Source of the DNA: a bacterium
GTDB lineage: Bacteria > Patescibacteriota > Microgenomatia > Daviesbacterales > UBA10151
Reading direction: 5' to 3'
NCBI GenBank assembly: GCA_021786315.1
Contig: JAJYNN010000003.1
Location: 67,360 to 131,359, forward strand
DNA: 64,000 bases
In this document: one piece after another, positions 28,232 to 39,549 of the stretch
How the letters are laid out: each line of letters begins with the position of its first letter
Position numbering within the stretch: position 1 is the stretch's first letter
The notes under the pieces: generated by a model
Told to the model about the DNA's origin: nothing
Seen by the model: only the letters and a program-made list of their open reading frames with translations
Database searches by the model: none
Made by a program: the position numbers and the translations under genes

Positions 28232-31200
28232 CTATGCTTGCTCCACCTTAGCTCTTTCGGGGCTGGTCGGAATCAAGCGACCAATGATAACATTTTCCTT
28301 CAAGCCGATCAAGCGATCGACCTTGCCGCTGGTTGCCGCATCGGCGAGTACTGTAGTTGTTTCCTGGAAGGAAGCAGCTGACAGGAAGCTTTCAGTCAAA
28401 AGTGAAGCCCTGGTAATACCCAGGATGGCAACGGACGCTGTAGCAGGATCACCTCCGGCAGCCAATACCCTTTGGTTCTCTTCCTCAAACTTAATCTTAT
28501 CAATAACCTCACCCGGCAAAAGACTGGTATCGCCTTGGCTCTCGATCCTGACCTTATCCGACATCTTGCGGACAATGACCTCAAAGTGTTTTTCATTCAA
28601 AGGCACACCCTGAGAAGAGTAGACTTTCCTGACCTCATCAACGATGTATCTTTGAGCCTCACGGAGTCCTTTAACCCGGACAACCTCTTTAATATCCATG
28701 TGGCCTGAAGCCAGTTGGGTTCCGGCAGCAATTAATTGCCCTTCCTCAACTAAAAGAGTGGCGGAAACCGGAATCAGGTATTCCCTTTCTTCAAAAGGCT
28801 TAGTGGTAGTTCTGACCCTGACTTTAACCCCCATCTCAGTTTCGGTAACAGCAACTTTTCCGGCAATCTCGGACAAAGGTGCCACATTTTTGGGAGTTCT
28901 GGCCTCAAATAGCTCTTCCACACGGGGAAGACCCATGGTAATATCGACACCGGCAATACCTCCGGAGTGGAAAGTCCTCATAGTCAACTGAGTTCCAGGT
29001 TCACCAATACTTTGGGCCGCCACGACTCCAACCGGCACACCAATCTCCACCGGCTTGCGGGTAGTCAAATCCCAGCCATAGCATTTGGCACAAATACCAA
29101 ACTTTCCTTTACAGGTGATTGGTGAAAAGACTGCAATACTTTGGACACCAGCCTCAACTGCCTCAGCAATTAAAGTTTCATTTAAGTACTCACCTTCAGT
29201 GGCAATTGTTTTCTTGGTCTTAGGATTGACTATCTTTGCCGCCACCATTCTTCCTAAGAAGCGGGAGTTAGCCGCAGCTAAACCTTCAGTCGGTACCGGT
29301 AAGGTAATTCCTGTCTTATCGCTACACTCCATCTGGCGGATGATGACATCGTGGGCCACATCCACAAGTCTTCGGGTCAGGTAACCGGCATCAGCTGTCC
29401 TGATAGCCCTATCAGCAACACCTTTTCTTCCTCCCCTAACGGATGCGAAGTACTCAAAGATCCGAAATCCCTGGCGGTAGTTGGATTTGGCCGGAAGCTC
29501 CACAATCTTTCCTGTAGGATCGATGGAGAAACCTCTCATACCGGAAAGCTGCTTGATCTGTTCAGCTGTAGCCCTGGCTCCTCCGGACTTCATGATGATA
29601 CTGACTGAGTTGGTCGGGGCAAAGGAAGCCAAAGTCTTTTTGGCAATGTCATCACCGATTCTGGTCCAAACTTCCTCGGCCAAAAGTCTCTTCTCTTCGT
29701 TGGTAATAATACCTTTCCTTAAGTTATCCTCAATTTCCATAACCTCTTTATCACCATCAGCGATTAACTGGTCTTTTTCCGGAATAATGACAAAATCAAA
29801 GATAGAGGATGAAACTCCGGAAACTGTCATTCCCCAAACACCAAAATCTTTCAGGTCATCAACTAACTTGGCGGCTTCATCCTTGCTAAACTGGTCAAAA
29901 GCTTTCATGGTCAGGTTTTGGGTATCCTTGGCTCCAAATGAAACATTCATGAAGCGCATTGGTTCGGGAAGCAGTCTGTTAAACAGGATCCTTCCGACAG
30001 TAGTCTCTAAATCTTCACCGTTGATACGGGCCTTCATCGGCTGGCGGAGCCCCAACTTACCGCTTTGGAAAGCTAAAACTGCTTCCTCAGGATCAAAAAC
30101 CCGATCCTCAATTAAGGTTGCACCTTCATCCATGGAAGTGGCGTAGTAAATACCCAAGGCAATCTCTTTGTTGTGGACCAAAACCGGTTGGGCGGATGAA
30201 GGCTTCAAGACGTTTTCTTTGGCCATCATTAAGTTCTTAGCTTCCTCACGGGACTTCTCACTTAAAGGAACGTGAATAGCCATTTGGTCTCCGTCAAAGT
30301 CAGCACCGAATCCGACTGTGATACACGGATGGATCTGGATAGCGCTTCCCTCAATTAAGATTGGGAAGAAGGCCTGGATACCTAAACGGTGTAAAGTCGG
30401 AGCCCGGTTGATCAATACCGGGTGGCCCTCCACAACCTCTTCCAGGATATCCCAAACCTCAGCCGGCCTCATTTCCAAAACGTTCTTGGCTCCCTTAATA
30501 TTGGCAGCCAAACCGCGGGCGATAATCTCCCGAAGGACAAACGGTTTAAACATCTCCAAAGCCATCTCCCGGGGCAAACCGACCTGGTCAAGCTTGAGCT
30601 GTGGTCCGACAACAATCACGGAACGTCCGGAGTAATCAACCCTTTTTCCGAGCAGGTTTTGGCGGAAACGACCCTGTTTTCCCCGAAGCATGTCGGAAAG
30701 TGACCTTAAAACATGCCCGGCACCGGCTCCCCGGCGGGTAGTCTTTAAGTTGGAGTCAATCAAAGCATCAACGGCTTCCTGAAGCATACGCTTTTCATTT
30801 CGGAGGATAATTTCCGGAGCGCCAAGATCAATTAGTTTCTTCAAACGGTTGTTGCGGTTAATGACCCGGCGGTACAAATCATTAAGATCGGAGGTAGCAA
30901 ACCTTCCTCCCGGAAGTTGAACCATCGGCCGGAGATCGGGCGGGATAACCGGCAAAAGCCTGGTCACCATCCACTCAGGGGCAATGGTTGCAGCCCTCAT
31001 GCCTTCAATTACCCGAAGCCTCTTGGTAGCTTTAATATGGCGCTGGCCGGAAGACTTTCTGACCTCTTCCCGGAGATCGGCTGAAAGCTTATCCAAATCA
31101 ATCTTCTTTAGGACCTCTAAAAGCCCTTCAGCACCCATACCGACCCTGGCAAAATCACTGACTCCATATTCGTCAAGCTTTAAGAATTCATCCTCAGAAA

Positions 31201-31927
31201 GAACTCTCAAAGGATTAATGCTTTTGACCAGGTCAGCCACAGCTTTGTAGATTTGCTCGAGCTGGCTTTGCTCTACCACTAAGTTGTCACGCAATTTCTG
31301 GATCTCCTGGCGGGTTTTCAGCTCGGCGTCAGAGGCAGCAATTTCGTATTTTTCATGGTCTTTTTGTTCTTTCTTGATCGACTCCAGCTGTTCTTTCATT
31401 GCAGCCTGAAGCTCTTCAATGCGCTTTTCCAGGTTAGCTTCAGCAGCTTTCTTCTTTTCCTCAAGGTCTTTTTCCAGCTTTTCCAAAGCCTGGGTCTTTT
31501 GGGCTTGATCAACCTCAATTACTAGGTAGGAAGCAAAGTAAATAACAGCTTCCAGACTCTTTAAGGAGAGGTCCAAAACAAGCGACAACTTGGAAGGGGC
31601 ACCTTTGACAAACCAGATATGGGTCACAGGAGCAGCTAGGGTAATGTGTCCCATCCGCTCACGTCGGACCTTACTTTGGGTCACTTCAACACCGCATTTG
31701 TCACAAATTACCCCGCGGTAGCGGATTCTCTTATACTTTCCACAGTAACATTCATAATCCTTGCTTGGACCAAAGATGTTTTCTGCAAAAAGGCCATCCT
31801 TTTCCGGCTTTAAGGTCCGGTAGTTAATGGTTTCCGGTTTAGTAACCTCACCAAAAGACCATGCCCGGATTTGTTCGGGGCTGGCGATAGTTACTTTTAA
31901 GGCTTCAAAATCTAGTAAGTCATTCAT
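28232..31927 (-). CDS. rpoC: DNA-directed RNA polymerase subunit beta'
   Basis: 1231 aa. Zinc-binding [18 protein letters not shown] catalytic loop, trigger loop. Confidence 0.97.
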   Translation of the reverse strand: MNDLLDFEALKVTIASPEQIRAWSFGEVTKPETINYRTLKPEKDGLFAENIFGPSKDYECYCGKYKRIRYRGVICDKCGVEVTQSKVRRERMGHITLAAPVTHIWFVKGAPSKLSLVLDLSLKSLEAVIYFASYLVIEVDQAQKTQALEKLEKDLEEKKKAAEANLEKRIEELQAAMKEQLESIKKEQKDHEKYEIAASDAELKTRQEIQKLRDNLVVEQSQLEQIYKAVADLVKSINPLRVLSEDEFLKLDEYGVSDFARVGMGAEGLLEVLKKIDLDKLSADLREEVRKSSGQRHIKATKRLRVIEGMRAATIAPEWMVTRLLPVIPPDLRPMVQLPGGRFATSDLNDLYRRVINRNNRLKKLIDLGAPEIILRNEKRMLQEAVDALIDSNLKTTRRGAGAGHVLRSLSDMLRGKQGRFRQNLLGKRVDYSGRSVIVVGPQLKLDQVGLPREMALEMFKPFVLREIIARGLAANIKGAKNVLEMRPAEVWDILEEVVEGHPVLINRAPTLHRLGIQAFFPILIEGSAIQIHPCITVGFGADFDGDQMAIHVPLSEKSREEAKNLMMAKENVLKPSSAQPVLVHNKEIALGIYYATSMDEGATLIEDRVFDPEEAVLAFQSGKLGLRQPMKARINGEDLETTVGRILFNRLLPEPMRFMNVSFGAKDTQNLTMKAFDQFSKDEAAKLVDDLKDFGVWGMTVSGVSSSIFDFVIIPEKDQLIADGDKEVMEIEDNLRKGIITNEEKRLLAEEVWTRIGDDIAKKTLASFAPTNSVSIIMKSGGARATAEQIKQLSGMRGFSIDPTGKIVELPAKSNYRQGFRIFEYFASVRGGRKGVADRAIRTADAGYLTRRLVDVAHDVIIRQMECSDKTGITLPVPTEGLAAANSRFLGRMVAAKIVNPKTKKTIATEGEYLNETLIAEAVEAGVQSIAVFSPITCKGKFGICAKCYGWDLTTRKPVEIGVPVGVVAAQSIGEPGTQLTMRTFHSGGIAGVDITMGLPRVEELFEARTPKNVAPLSEIAGKVAVTETEMGVKVRVRTTTKPFEEREYLIPVSATLLVEEGQLIAAGTQLASGHMDIKEVVRVKGLREAQRYIVDEVRKVYSSQGVPLNEKHFEVIVRKMSDKVRIESQGDTSLLPGEVIDKIKFEEENQRVLAAGGDPATASVAILGITRASLLTESFLSAASFQETTTVLADAATSGKVDRLIGLKENVIIGRLIPTSPERAKVEQA

Positions 31928-31934
31928 ATATTTA

Positions 31935-34900
31935 TTATGCTGTCTCCTCCACTAAATCTTCATCATTCGGCTCTTCTTCCTCAGCCTCTTTTTCAACCTG
32001 GTTTTCTTCAGCTGCAATATTTTCCTCTTCTTCGCCTTTTAAGTCAACTACTTCCATTCCGGCATTTTCACCTTCCAAAGATCCTTCCTCAACTACCGGT
32101 CCGGCTTCCAAGACTTGTTCCATTTGCTCCACAGCTTCAGCAACCTCGGCTTTAACCGGTTCTTCGGCAGCCGCAATGGCGATCTTAGGATTAATGGTTT
32201 CCACATTAACACCCAGGGATTGCAGTTCTTTCACCAAAACCTTAAAGGATTCCGGTACCAAAGCTTGAGGGATCTCAGTACCCTGGATAATAGCCTGGTA
32301 AGCCTTGGTTCGGCCGACCACATCATCGGACTTGATAGTCAACATCTCTTGCAGGATATGGGCTGCGCCGTATGCTTCGAGTGCCCAGACTTCCATTTCT
32401 CCCAACCTTTGGCCTCCCATTTGGGCTTTTCCGCCCAAAGGCTGCTGGGTCACCATGGAGTACGGTCCGGTAGACCTGGCGTGTTGTTTGTCCTCAACCA
32501 TGTGGTGAAGCTTGAGCCAGTAAGATTTACCGACTACGACATCCTGCTCAAAGTAATTTCCGGTCCGGCCATCAATTAACCTGGTTTTACCGGTTTCGGA
32601 AATTCCCGCCTTCTTCATGTGTTCCAGGATGATATTTTCCGGGATCTTTTCAAAAACCGGAGCCGCAACTTTAAATCCTAAACGGTCGGCAGCAAGACCT
32701 AAATGGGCCTCCAAGAGCTGTCCCAAATTCATACGGGACATGATAGTCACCGGGGAAATGACAATATCAATCGGTGTGCCATCTTCCATATGAGGCATAT
32801 CGATCTCAGGAACGATCTTAGAGATGACACCTTTATTACCGTGACGTCCGGCTAACTTATCGCCAACGGAGATCTTTCTAAGCTGGGCAACCTTAACCTT
32901 GATTCTCTTGATGGTTCCGGCATCAAGTTCATCTCCGGCTTCCCGGGACAAGATCTGGATACCGACAACAGTACCTCTTTCGCCGTGGGGCATGCGCAAA
33001 GATGTATCACGGACCTCTTTGGCTTTTTCTCCGAAGATCGCCCGGAGAAGTCTTTCTTCAGCAGTTAGCTCGGTTTCACCTTTGGGCTGAACCTTACCGA
33101 TTAAGATATCATTTGGTCCGACCTTGGCACCAATACGGACAATACCGCCCTCATCAAGGTTAGCCAAATTCTCCTCCGCCACATTTGGAATATCGCGGGT
33201 TAGCTCATCAGGACCAAGCTTGGTTTCCACAACGTCAGTGACATATTCTTCAATGTAGATAGAAGAAAGGACATCTTGTTTGACCAATCTCTCGGAGATA
33301 ACGATAGCGTCCTCGTACCCTAAACCTTCGTAGTTCATGTAGGCGATCAAAAGGTTTTGCCCCAAGGCCAACTCTCCGTTGTCGGTAGCGGTACCGTCAA
33401 TCAAAAGATCACCGGTTTTGACCTTTTGGCCAATTGTTGCCACCGGTTTTTGGTTGTAACAGGTGTTGTCGGAAGTGTTGACGAACTTACGGATCTCCCA
33501 AGTTTGCTTTTCATTCTTACCCTCTAAAGTTAATTTGTTGCCGTCAACATATGTGACAGTTCCGTCAAAAGGAGCCCGGACAATTCTTCCCATATTGTCG
33601 GCCACAACCCTTTCCATACCGGTTCCCACAATCGGGGCAGTTGGAAGGAGTAATGGAACGGCCTGGTTTTCCATGGTACTTCCCATCAAAGCCCGGTTGG
33701 CATCGTCATGAGCCAAAAACGGAATCAAGGAAGGTGAGACACCCACAACCTGTTGGGGGGAAATATCGATGTAATTGACCAACTTGGCATCGGTTTCAAA
33801 GAAACTGCCGTTGTAGCGGACAGGGACACGGGTAGCAGTGATATAACCTTTTTCGTCCACAGATACGGAAGCCTCAGTGATATAGAAATTCTCTTCATCA
33901 TCAGCCGGAAGGTAAACAATTTCCTCAGTAACTCTTGGCTTACCACCCTCTAAAACCACCTTCTTATAAGGAGTCTCTAAGAATCCGTACTCATCAATAC
34001 GGGAATAAAGCGCCAGGTAAGTCACCAAACCAATATTCGGGCCTTCCGGAGATCTGATCGGATCGATACGGCCATATTGGGAGTGGTTGACGTCACGGAT
34101 TGAGAAGGAAGCCCTCTCCCGGGTGATACCACCCTGGCCGGTAACAGTCAAACGCCTTAAGTGGTCAGTTTCAGAAAGCGGGTTGGTTTGATCCAGGATC
34201 TGGGACAACTGGGAAGAACGGAAGAATTCGTTAACCGCAGCAATAATCGGACGGGCGTTGACTAATCCTCCCGGATTAATCTCCACTTCCGCAGAAAGCA
34301 GACTCATTCTCTCCTTGATGACCCTTTCCAGCCTTAAAAGCCCGACCCAAAAAGCGTTTTGGGCCACTAGTTCACCCACCCGGCGAACCCGGCGGTTAGC
34401 CAAATGGTCGATATCGTCAACCTTGCCCTTACCGTTTTGAAGGCCAATCAGGTACTTGATGGTGGCAACAATATCTTCCTTGGTTAAAATCCAGTTTTCC
34501 GGAGTATTGGGGGTATCGAGGCCTAACTTTTTATTAATCTTGAACCTGCCAACCCGGGTTAAGTCATAACGGCGATTGTTGAAGAACATCCCGGTCAAAA
34601 GCCCTTTGGCATTTTCCAGAACCACCGGATCCCCCGGCCTCATCTTGCGGTAGATTTCCAAAAGCGCTTCGTCCTGGTTTTTGGTGGCGTCTTTTCCTAA
34701 GGTGCTCTCCAAGAAGTGATGGTCCTCATTAGTATCAACATCGGCAAACAAAGCCTTGATCTCCTCATCGTCGGAGTAGCCTAAAGCCCGGAGGAAGGTA
34801 GTGGCGGTAAACTTTCGGCGGCGGTCGATTTTAACGGTAATAACATCAGCCCGGGAAACAGAAAATTCCAGCCAAGAACCGTGGGAAGGCCGAAGTTCAG

Positions 34901-35429
34901 AAGAGAAAAGTATCCTGCCGGTAATCGGGTCGGAAGCAGAGGAGAAGAAAACTCCCGGAGAGCGGACAATTTGGTTAACAACTACCCTCTCGATACCATT
35001 AACAACAAAGGTTCCTTTTTCGGTCATCAAAGGAATGTCGCCCAAAAAGACTTCCTGTTTGTACTCTTCCTGGGTTTGCAGATTAGTCAAAGAAACCTTA
35101 ACCCGGAGCGGAGCGTCAAAAGAAACCCCCTTGACCATTGCTTCTTCGGGGGTGTAACGGGGTTTACCTAAAGAGTAATCACCTAACTCAAGTTTCCAGT
35201 TCTTTCCGGTAAAATCTAAAACGGGATTAATGGAATGAAGAATTTCACCAATGCCTTGGTTCAAAAACCAAGCATAAGACTCCTTTTGGAGGTATGTCAG
35301 ATCAAATTTATGATCAATATTTTTTCTTGTACCCCAGTAGATCCGGGTATCAAGGTTATCATTAGTTATATTTTTATTGGGCATCAGTAGATGGTTCCCT
35401 TTGTTGACCTCGTCCGGCAGGTGAGACAC
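31935..35429 (-). CDS. rpoB: DNA-directed RNA polymerase subunit beta (with acidic C-terminal tail)
   Basis: 1164 aa with canonical beta-subunit motifs. The ORF-track start is a GTG at 35429; the internal ATG at 35384 (MPNKNITNDN...) is equally plausible from the N-terminal alignment. Confidence 0.96.
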   Translation of the reverse strand: MSHLPDEVNKGNHLLMPNKNITNDNLDTRIYWGTRKNIDHKFDLTYLQKESYAWFLNQGIGEILHSINPVLDFTGKNWKLELGDYSLGKPRYTPEEAMVKGVSFDAPLRVKVSLTNLQTQEEYKQEVFLGDIPLMTEKGTFVVNGIERVVVNQIVRSPGVFFSSASDPITGRILFSSELRPSHGSWLEFSVSRADVITVKIDRRRKFTATTFLRALGYSDDEEIKALFADVDTNEDHHFLESTLGKDATKNQDEALLEIYRKMRPGDPVVLENAKGLLTGMFFNNRRYDLTRVGRFKINKKLGLDTPNTPENWILTKEDIVATIKYLIGLQNGKGKVDDIDHLANRRVRRVGELVAQNAFWVGLLRLERVIKERMSLLSAEVEINPGGLVNARPIIAAVNEFFRSSQLSQILDQTNPLSETDHLRRLTVTGQGGITRERASFSIRDVNHSQYGRIDPIRSPEGPNIGLVTYLALYSRIDEYGFLETPYKKVVLEGGKPRVTEEIVYLPADDEENFYITEASVSVDEKGYITATRVPVRYNGSFFETDAKLVNYIDISPQQVVGVSPSLIPFLAHDDANRALMGSTMENQAVPLLLPTAPIVGTGMERVVADNMGRIVRAPFDGTVTYVDGNKLTLEGKNEKQTWEIRKFVNTSDNTCYNQKPVATIGQKVKTGDLLIDGTATDNGELALGQNLLIAYMNYEGLGYEDAIVISERLVKQDVLSSIYIEEYVTDVVETKLGPDELTRDIPNVAEENLANLDEGGIVRIGAKVGPNDILIGKVQPKGETELTAEERLLRAIFGEKAKEVRDTSLRMPHGERGTVVGIQILSREAGDELDAGTIKRIKVKVAQLRKISVGDKLAGRHGNKGVISKIVPEIDMPHMEDGTPIDIVISPVTIMSRMNLGQLLEAHLGLAADRLGFKVAAPVFEKIPENIILEHMKKAGISETGKTRLIDGRTGNYFEQDVVVGKSYWLKLHHMVEDKQHARSTGPYSMVTQQPLGGKAQMGGQRLGEMEVWALEAYGAAHILQEMLTIKSDDVVGRTKAYQAIIQGTEIPQALVPESFKVLVKELQSLGVNVETINPKIAIAAAEEPVKAEVAEAVEQMEQVLEAGPVVEEGSLEGENAGMEVVDLKGEEEENIAAEENQVEKEAEEEEPNDEDLVEETA

Positions 35430-35435
35430 AACAAA

Positions 35436-35516
35436 AAAGAAGCATACGGTGTCAGTATGCCTCCTTCTATGTATTCAACTGTGGATAATTTTCCCACAAT
35501 AAACCTTACCTGTCAA
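35436..35516 (-). promoter_or_regulatory. Putative rpoBC promoter and leader hairpin with U-run (attenuator-like)
   Basis: On the minus strand, TTGACA (35511-35516), a 17-nt spacer and GAAAAT (35488-35493), then GCATAC-TGACACC-GTATGC followed by TTCTTTTTTGTTG directly before the rpoB start. Confidence 0.3.
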
Positions 35517-35673
35517 GAGGCTACTGCTCGAGTTTTTTTGGAAACAAAAAACTAAAAAAACTATTTTCAATATACACCCAAAGTCAACAAAAATCCAATG
35601 TCCCAGCTTACATTTTTTAAACCCTTGATACTTGCTACTTAATACGTAATACTAATTTTGAGGGGGTGATTTT

Positions 35674-35874
35674 ATGGCAAAAAAATCTAATGCCGGAAAT
35701 TCATGTGGTCTTTGCAGCAAGAGCCCTTTCTGCGGTTTCTCAAATATTTTGATAGGAATAGGGTTAGGAGCTTTCTTGGCTTACCCGATGTTTGGCACCC
35801 ATCCCGTCAGATGGGGAGCAGCATTAATAATTGTTGGACTAGCCGGCCACCTTTATCCTAAATTTGCTAAATAG
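35674..35874 (+). CDS. Small (66 aa) Cys-rich membrane peptide
   Basis: Strong SD (GAGGGGGTGA, 5 nt before the ATG). CGLCSKSPFCGF, then two hydrophobic helices. It abuts the stop of the convergent minus-strand gene, so a spurious ORF is not excluded. Confidence 0.4.
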   Translation: MAKKSNAGNSCGLCSKSPFCGFSNILIGIGLGAFLAYPMFGTHPVRWGAALIIVGLAGHLYPKFAK

Positions 35875-36492
35875 TTAATAGTTATTAGAAGGTCTAACCA
35901 ATAAGACTTTTGCTTTTTGGTAAAGATCTTCCACTGATCCCTCTTCCCACCAGCCGGTAATATCATTATCAGGGATTAACTCAGGACGATTTGTGGGAAT
36001 TCTGCCCGGACTCCATCGCCATCCTCTCGGCCAAAGACCCGGATCAGTCTTAGGCTTTCCTTCCCTCACTTGAATAGGTTCTTCACCCCGAAAAGGAAAG
36101 CCGATGTGGTATTCCAGCGCAATGTTAAACGATACATGATGGAACTGGTTCACAAAACCACGCTTATTGTATAAGGCCAGGGGGTCGAAAGCTTCCTCTC
36201 TGGAAATTAAATCTTTATCGTAACCGTAGGCAAAATTCTCAGTAACATACTGTGCCTCAACTATATGATGCTCAAAATATCTGGCATACCCGGGGACATA
36301 AATTTTATAGAAAACATCCAAATAATCCCAAACATCACCAGCCGCTGAAACCCAAGCCAGTCTCCAATTAGCCTTTCCATAAATTTCATTCCAACATAAA
36401 GCTTGAGTATCCTTGTTTTTACCCTGGTATCCAGGAGTGTCGGCAATCTTCCAAAGATCCCCATCTATCTGTACTTCCTGTATACCAGCCAT
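35875..36492 (-). CDS. Hypothetical protein (205 aa), Trp/His-rich, probably soluble
   Basis: Intact ORF. No recognisable domain. Confidence 0.55.
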   Translation of the reverse strand: MAGIQEVQIDGDLWKIADTPGYQGKNKDTQALCWNEIYGKANWRLAWVSAAGDVWDYLDVFYKIYVPGYARYFEHHIVEAQYVTENFAYGYDKDLISREEAFDPLALYNKRGFVNQFHHVSFNIALEYHIGFPFRGEEPIQVREGKPKTDPGLWPRGWRWSPGRIPTNRPELIPDNDITGWWEEGSVEDLYQKAKVLLVRPSNNY

Positions 36493-36510
36493 TGGCCAGA
36501 TTATAACAGA

Positions 36511-37662
36511 CTAAATAATTTTTTTGGTTAGAAGGTTATCGTAAAGATTTTTCCAGGCTATAAGTAAGGCCCCGAATCCGAAGATGACAGCAAAGAAAGT
36601 GACAAATCCTCCAAGGATAGGAATGATTGAAAGGATTTCATAAATAATCAGACCCACCAAAAGTGCCCAGCCGCCTGTCCTTGCCTGGTGAAAAAGTTCA
36701 AAGACTTTAGAACCTAAGGCCAGTGAGGAAACTATAACCGAAAGGTATAAAGCAATTAAGTAAAGCCCCAGAATAATTAGTGCCAAAGGAATTCCAACCA
36801 AAGTAAACATCAAAATAAAGACAACAAAGGGCACAACTATCAAAGTAATAATACCTGCCACAAGGCTTAACCAGGGAGACTTAATTAAAGTGGCAGCTTT
36901 CCCCCAGAAAAAGTTTGGCATAAACCGGAGAAGAATTAACCCGACAATAAAGTACGCCAGGAGGGAAATAATTTTGAAGGTAATGCCAAAGCCCACCAAA
37001 GGACCCACCTCCCGCGAAGGCTTGGCCGGGGAAATATGCTGATTAGTTTTCCCGGAAACCGTCGCTCCGGATTGAATTTGGGCTTGGTTATTACTGGTGT
37101 AATCTAAGTTCCCGTTAACTTTTGCCCCTGATGTCAGTGTTAACTGGTTAGCTATCGCGTTCACATCACCCCCCACACTGCTTCCTAAAATTACCTGCCC
37201 CCCGCTGGCGGTAATCCCCCGGCCAACCGGACCGGAAACATCAAGCGAACCGGATGCAGTGGTTAAGCTGCCGTGAATTGATGCCTTATCAGTAACACTT
37301 ATTGAGCCCCCGGCAGCGGAAACATTCCTGTCCACCTCGCCGTTAATGGTTGTCTGCCCTCCAACCGACCGCAAACTCCCGGTAACTTTTCCTGAGACGG
37401 TAATATTCCCGCCAAGTACCAGCAAATCACCATTAACAGTTCCATCAACCATAATATTGCCGCCAGCCAAAAAGGCATCACCATTAACAGTTCCCGATAA
37501 AATGACAGTTCCACCTGAAGCAAAATAATCCCTATTTATAGTTTCCCCTTTGGGCAAGGTTGAGATTTGCGTTCTGTCAGGGCTTTGGGCAAAGACAGGG
37601 GTAAGGGTTACAAAAAGCGAGATAAAAAATACCAAGCACAAAGAGAGAATGACCTTAATCAT
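36511..37662 (-). CDS. Secreted / membrane-anchored beta-helix repeat protein (bactofilin/DUF4097-like Gly-rich repeats) with C-terminal multi-TM anchor
   Basis: N-terminal signal peptide MIKVILSLCLVFFISLFVTLTPVFAQ. About 200 aa of G-x-V/I-x-G-D repeats. A hydrophobic C-terminal region with 4-5 TM helices. Confidence 0.65.
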   Translation of the reverse strand: MIKVILSLCLVFFISLFVTLTPVFAQSPDRTQISTLPKGETINRDYFASGGTVILSGTVNGDAFLAGGNIMVDGTVNGDLLVLGGNITVSGKVTGSLRSVGGQTTINGEVDRNVSAAGGSISVTDKASIHGSLTTASGSLDVSGPVGRGITASGGQVILGSSVGGDVNAIANQLTLTSGAKVNGNLDYTSNNQAQIQSGATVSGKTNQHISPAKPSREVGPLVGFGITFKIISLLAYFIVGLILLRFMPNFFWGKAATLIKSPWLSLVAGIITLIVVPFVVFILMFTLVGIPLALIILGLYLIALYLSVIVSSLALGSKVFELFHQARTGGWALLVGLIIYEILSIIPILGGFVTFFAVIFGFGALLIAWKNLYDNLLTKKII

Positions 37663-37772
37663 CTGGGTACCATCTTATGCTATCTAGATAATAATATCTA
37701 CAAAAGAATGTAAGAGACAAAGCAGAAGAAGTAGCGTGAATTACAGCATTAATTGTCTGAAAATGGCAAAAT

Positions 37773-38624
37773 ATGAAGCAGATGCAGCTTCTTTTGGTAG
37801 GGGTATTAATCACCTTAGTCTCCTGGGTCTTTGCCTGGGGAAAGTTCTCTCCGCTTTCCCAATACTCATTCTTTCCCCTTTGGTTAGGCTATATCTTAAC
37901 TATTAACGGGTTAACCTTAGGAATATTTAAAAATTCGCTACTTTCAAAGATGAGGTTAAGTTTCATCTGGCTTTTTATCATCTCAATCCCCTTATGGTGG
38001 ATGTTTGAAGGGCTAAACACTGTGACCCAAAATTGGAGCTACCTTTCTCCGGTATCGCCTTCTTCCCTGAAATACTTTTTAGGAGGTTCGCTTTATTTTT
38101 CCATTGTTGTCCCGGCAGTCTTATCCACCTCTTTTCTGTTCTATCTCTTGCTCCTGAAGGTGAAGCCTGTCAACCGGAGCCCTTCCGTCATCTCGCCGTT
38201 AGTTTTGGTATTGTCATTTATTCTGGGGGCTTTATTCTCACTCCTAATTTTCATTTTCCCCCAGCTTTATTTTCCCCTGCTTTGGGGGGGAATTTTCCTG
38301 TTACTGGAACCAATTAATTATCTTTTAGGATTCCCCTCGCTTTTTAAAAAAATTGAGACAGGGGATTGGAATCTGGTAATCGCCATTATGGCAGCCACAA
38401 TTTTTACCGGTTTTTGGTGGGAATTATGGAACTTTTATTCATACCCCAAATGGACCTATCACATTCCCCAACTGGGGTTCTTTAAAATCTTTGAGATGCC
38501 TATTTTGGGTTACTTAGGCTATCCCTTCTTTGGCTTAGAAATTTACGCCTTTACCAATTTCATTTTTGGCATAGTTAAAAAATTTTTAGGGATGGTTAGC
38601 TACGTTTTGGTTGTGTTCCTCTAA
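37773..38624 (+). CDS. Polytopic integral membrane protein (8-9 TM), unknown family
   Basis: 283 aa, strongly hydrophobic, Trp/Phe-rich. Its last 39 nt overlap the convergent mltG. Confidence 0.6.
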   Translation: MKQMQLLLVGVLITLVSWVFAWGKFSPLSQYSFFPLWLGYILTINGLTLGIFKNSLLSKMRLSFIWLFIISIPLWWMFEGLNTVTQNWSYLSPVSPSSLKYFLGGSLYFSIVVPAVLSTSFLFYLLLLKVKPVNRSPSVISPLVLVLSFILGALFSLLIFIFPQLYFPLLWGGIFLLLEPINYLLGFPSLFKKIETGDWNLVIAIMAATIFTGFWWELWNFYSYPKWTYHIPQLGFFKIFEMPILGYLGYPFFGLEIYAFTNFIFGIVKKFLGMVSYVLVVFL

Positions 38625-39545
38625 AGTCTTGGCATAATAAGATCTTCCCTTGGAATCATGGTAATAATAAAGGTAAGGGGTAGATGGATCAGCATTGGCC
38701 ACGGCCTCCAAAGACGACAGGCTGGGATTACAAATCGGTGCCGGAGGCAGCCCGGCGTTAAGATAAGTATTGTAAGGGGAGTCAACTTTCAAATCCGCCG
38801 CTGTTAAATTCCTTTTCCACCACGAGCCTTCGGAACTTTGGTATCCCAAAACGTACTGGATCGTGGCATCGGCATTTAAAGCCATGCCAATCTTATACCT
38901 TTTCAGGAGGATGCTGGCAACCATCCGGCGGACTTCATCAGACCGGGCTTCCCTCTCCACAATCGAGGCTAAAATTACCCCCTGGGCCGGAGTTAGACCC
39001 TGAGCTTTAACCTTTTTTTGCAAAGCAGCATCATACCTTTTATCAAAGTTATCCCGCATTATTTGGGCAATCTCCGGCGGAGTGGCTTTGGGATCAAATT
39101 GGTAAGTGTCAGGAAACATATAGCCTTCTTTTGCATCTTGAACAAACTCCGTCGATTTAATACCCAGCTCTGCCCCCAACTTTTCCCCCATCTCCTCTAC
39201 CCGCCAGCCTTCAAGAAGAGTCACTTTTTTATCGATCATGCCTGATCTTAAATTTTGCAAAATTTCCCCGGCACTCATTGAGGGGGATAATTTAAAATTC
39301 CCGGCTTGGATACTCCCGGTATTCCCGCTTCTTTTAACTAGAACAGTAAAGGCGTTTGCTGAACGGACCAAACCTTCCTTTTCCAAATCTTTGGCAATTT
39401 CGACAGTTGCCTCACCGGGGCGAATCATAAATAATTTGGTTCCCTTATCCGCACTATTTACCGGGGAAAGCAAAAAACCGTAGTACCACTTCAATCCGCC
39501 AAAAATTACCACTAAAAAAATAACCAGAAGATAGAAGCGTTTCAT
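38586..39545 (-). CDS. mltG: Endolytic murein transglycosylase MltG (YceG family)
   Basis: N-terminal TM, then YceG signatures (…GMIDKKVTLLEGWRVEEMGEKL…ASIVEREA…YNTYLNAGLPPAPICNPSLSSLEAVANA). Start moved to the ATG at 39545 (MKRFYLL), 4 nt after the ruvX stop. Confidence 0.85.
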   Translation of the reverse strand: MKRFYLLVIFLVVIFGGLKWYYGFLLSPVNSADKGTKLFMIRPGEATVEIAKDLEKEGLVRSANAFTVLVKRSGNTGSIQAGNFKLSPSMSAGEILQNLRSGMIDKKVTLLEGWRVEEMGEKLGAELGIKSTEFVQDAKEGYMFPDTYQFDPKATPPEIAQIMRDNFDKRYDAALQKKVKAQGLTPAQGVILASIVEREARSDEVRRMVASILLKRYKIGMALNADATIQYVLGYQSSEGSWWKRNLTAADLKVDSPYNTYLNAGLPPAPICNPSLSSLEAVANADPSTPYLYYYHDSKGRSYYAKTLEEHNQNVANHP

Positions 39546-39549
39546 TGGT

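Noticed and set aside
28232-35429. Inteins or introns in rpoB/rpoC or other large genes
   Set aside because: Protein lengths (1164 and 1231 aa) and continuous homology are normal. There are no Hint/LAGLIDADG-like insertions.
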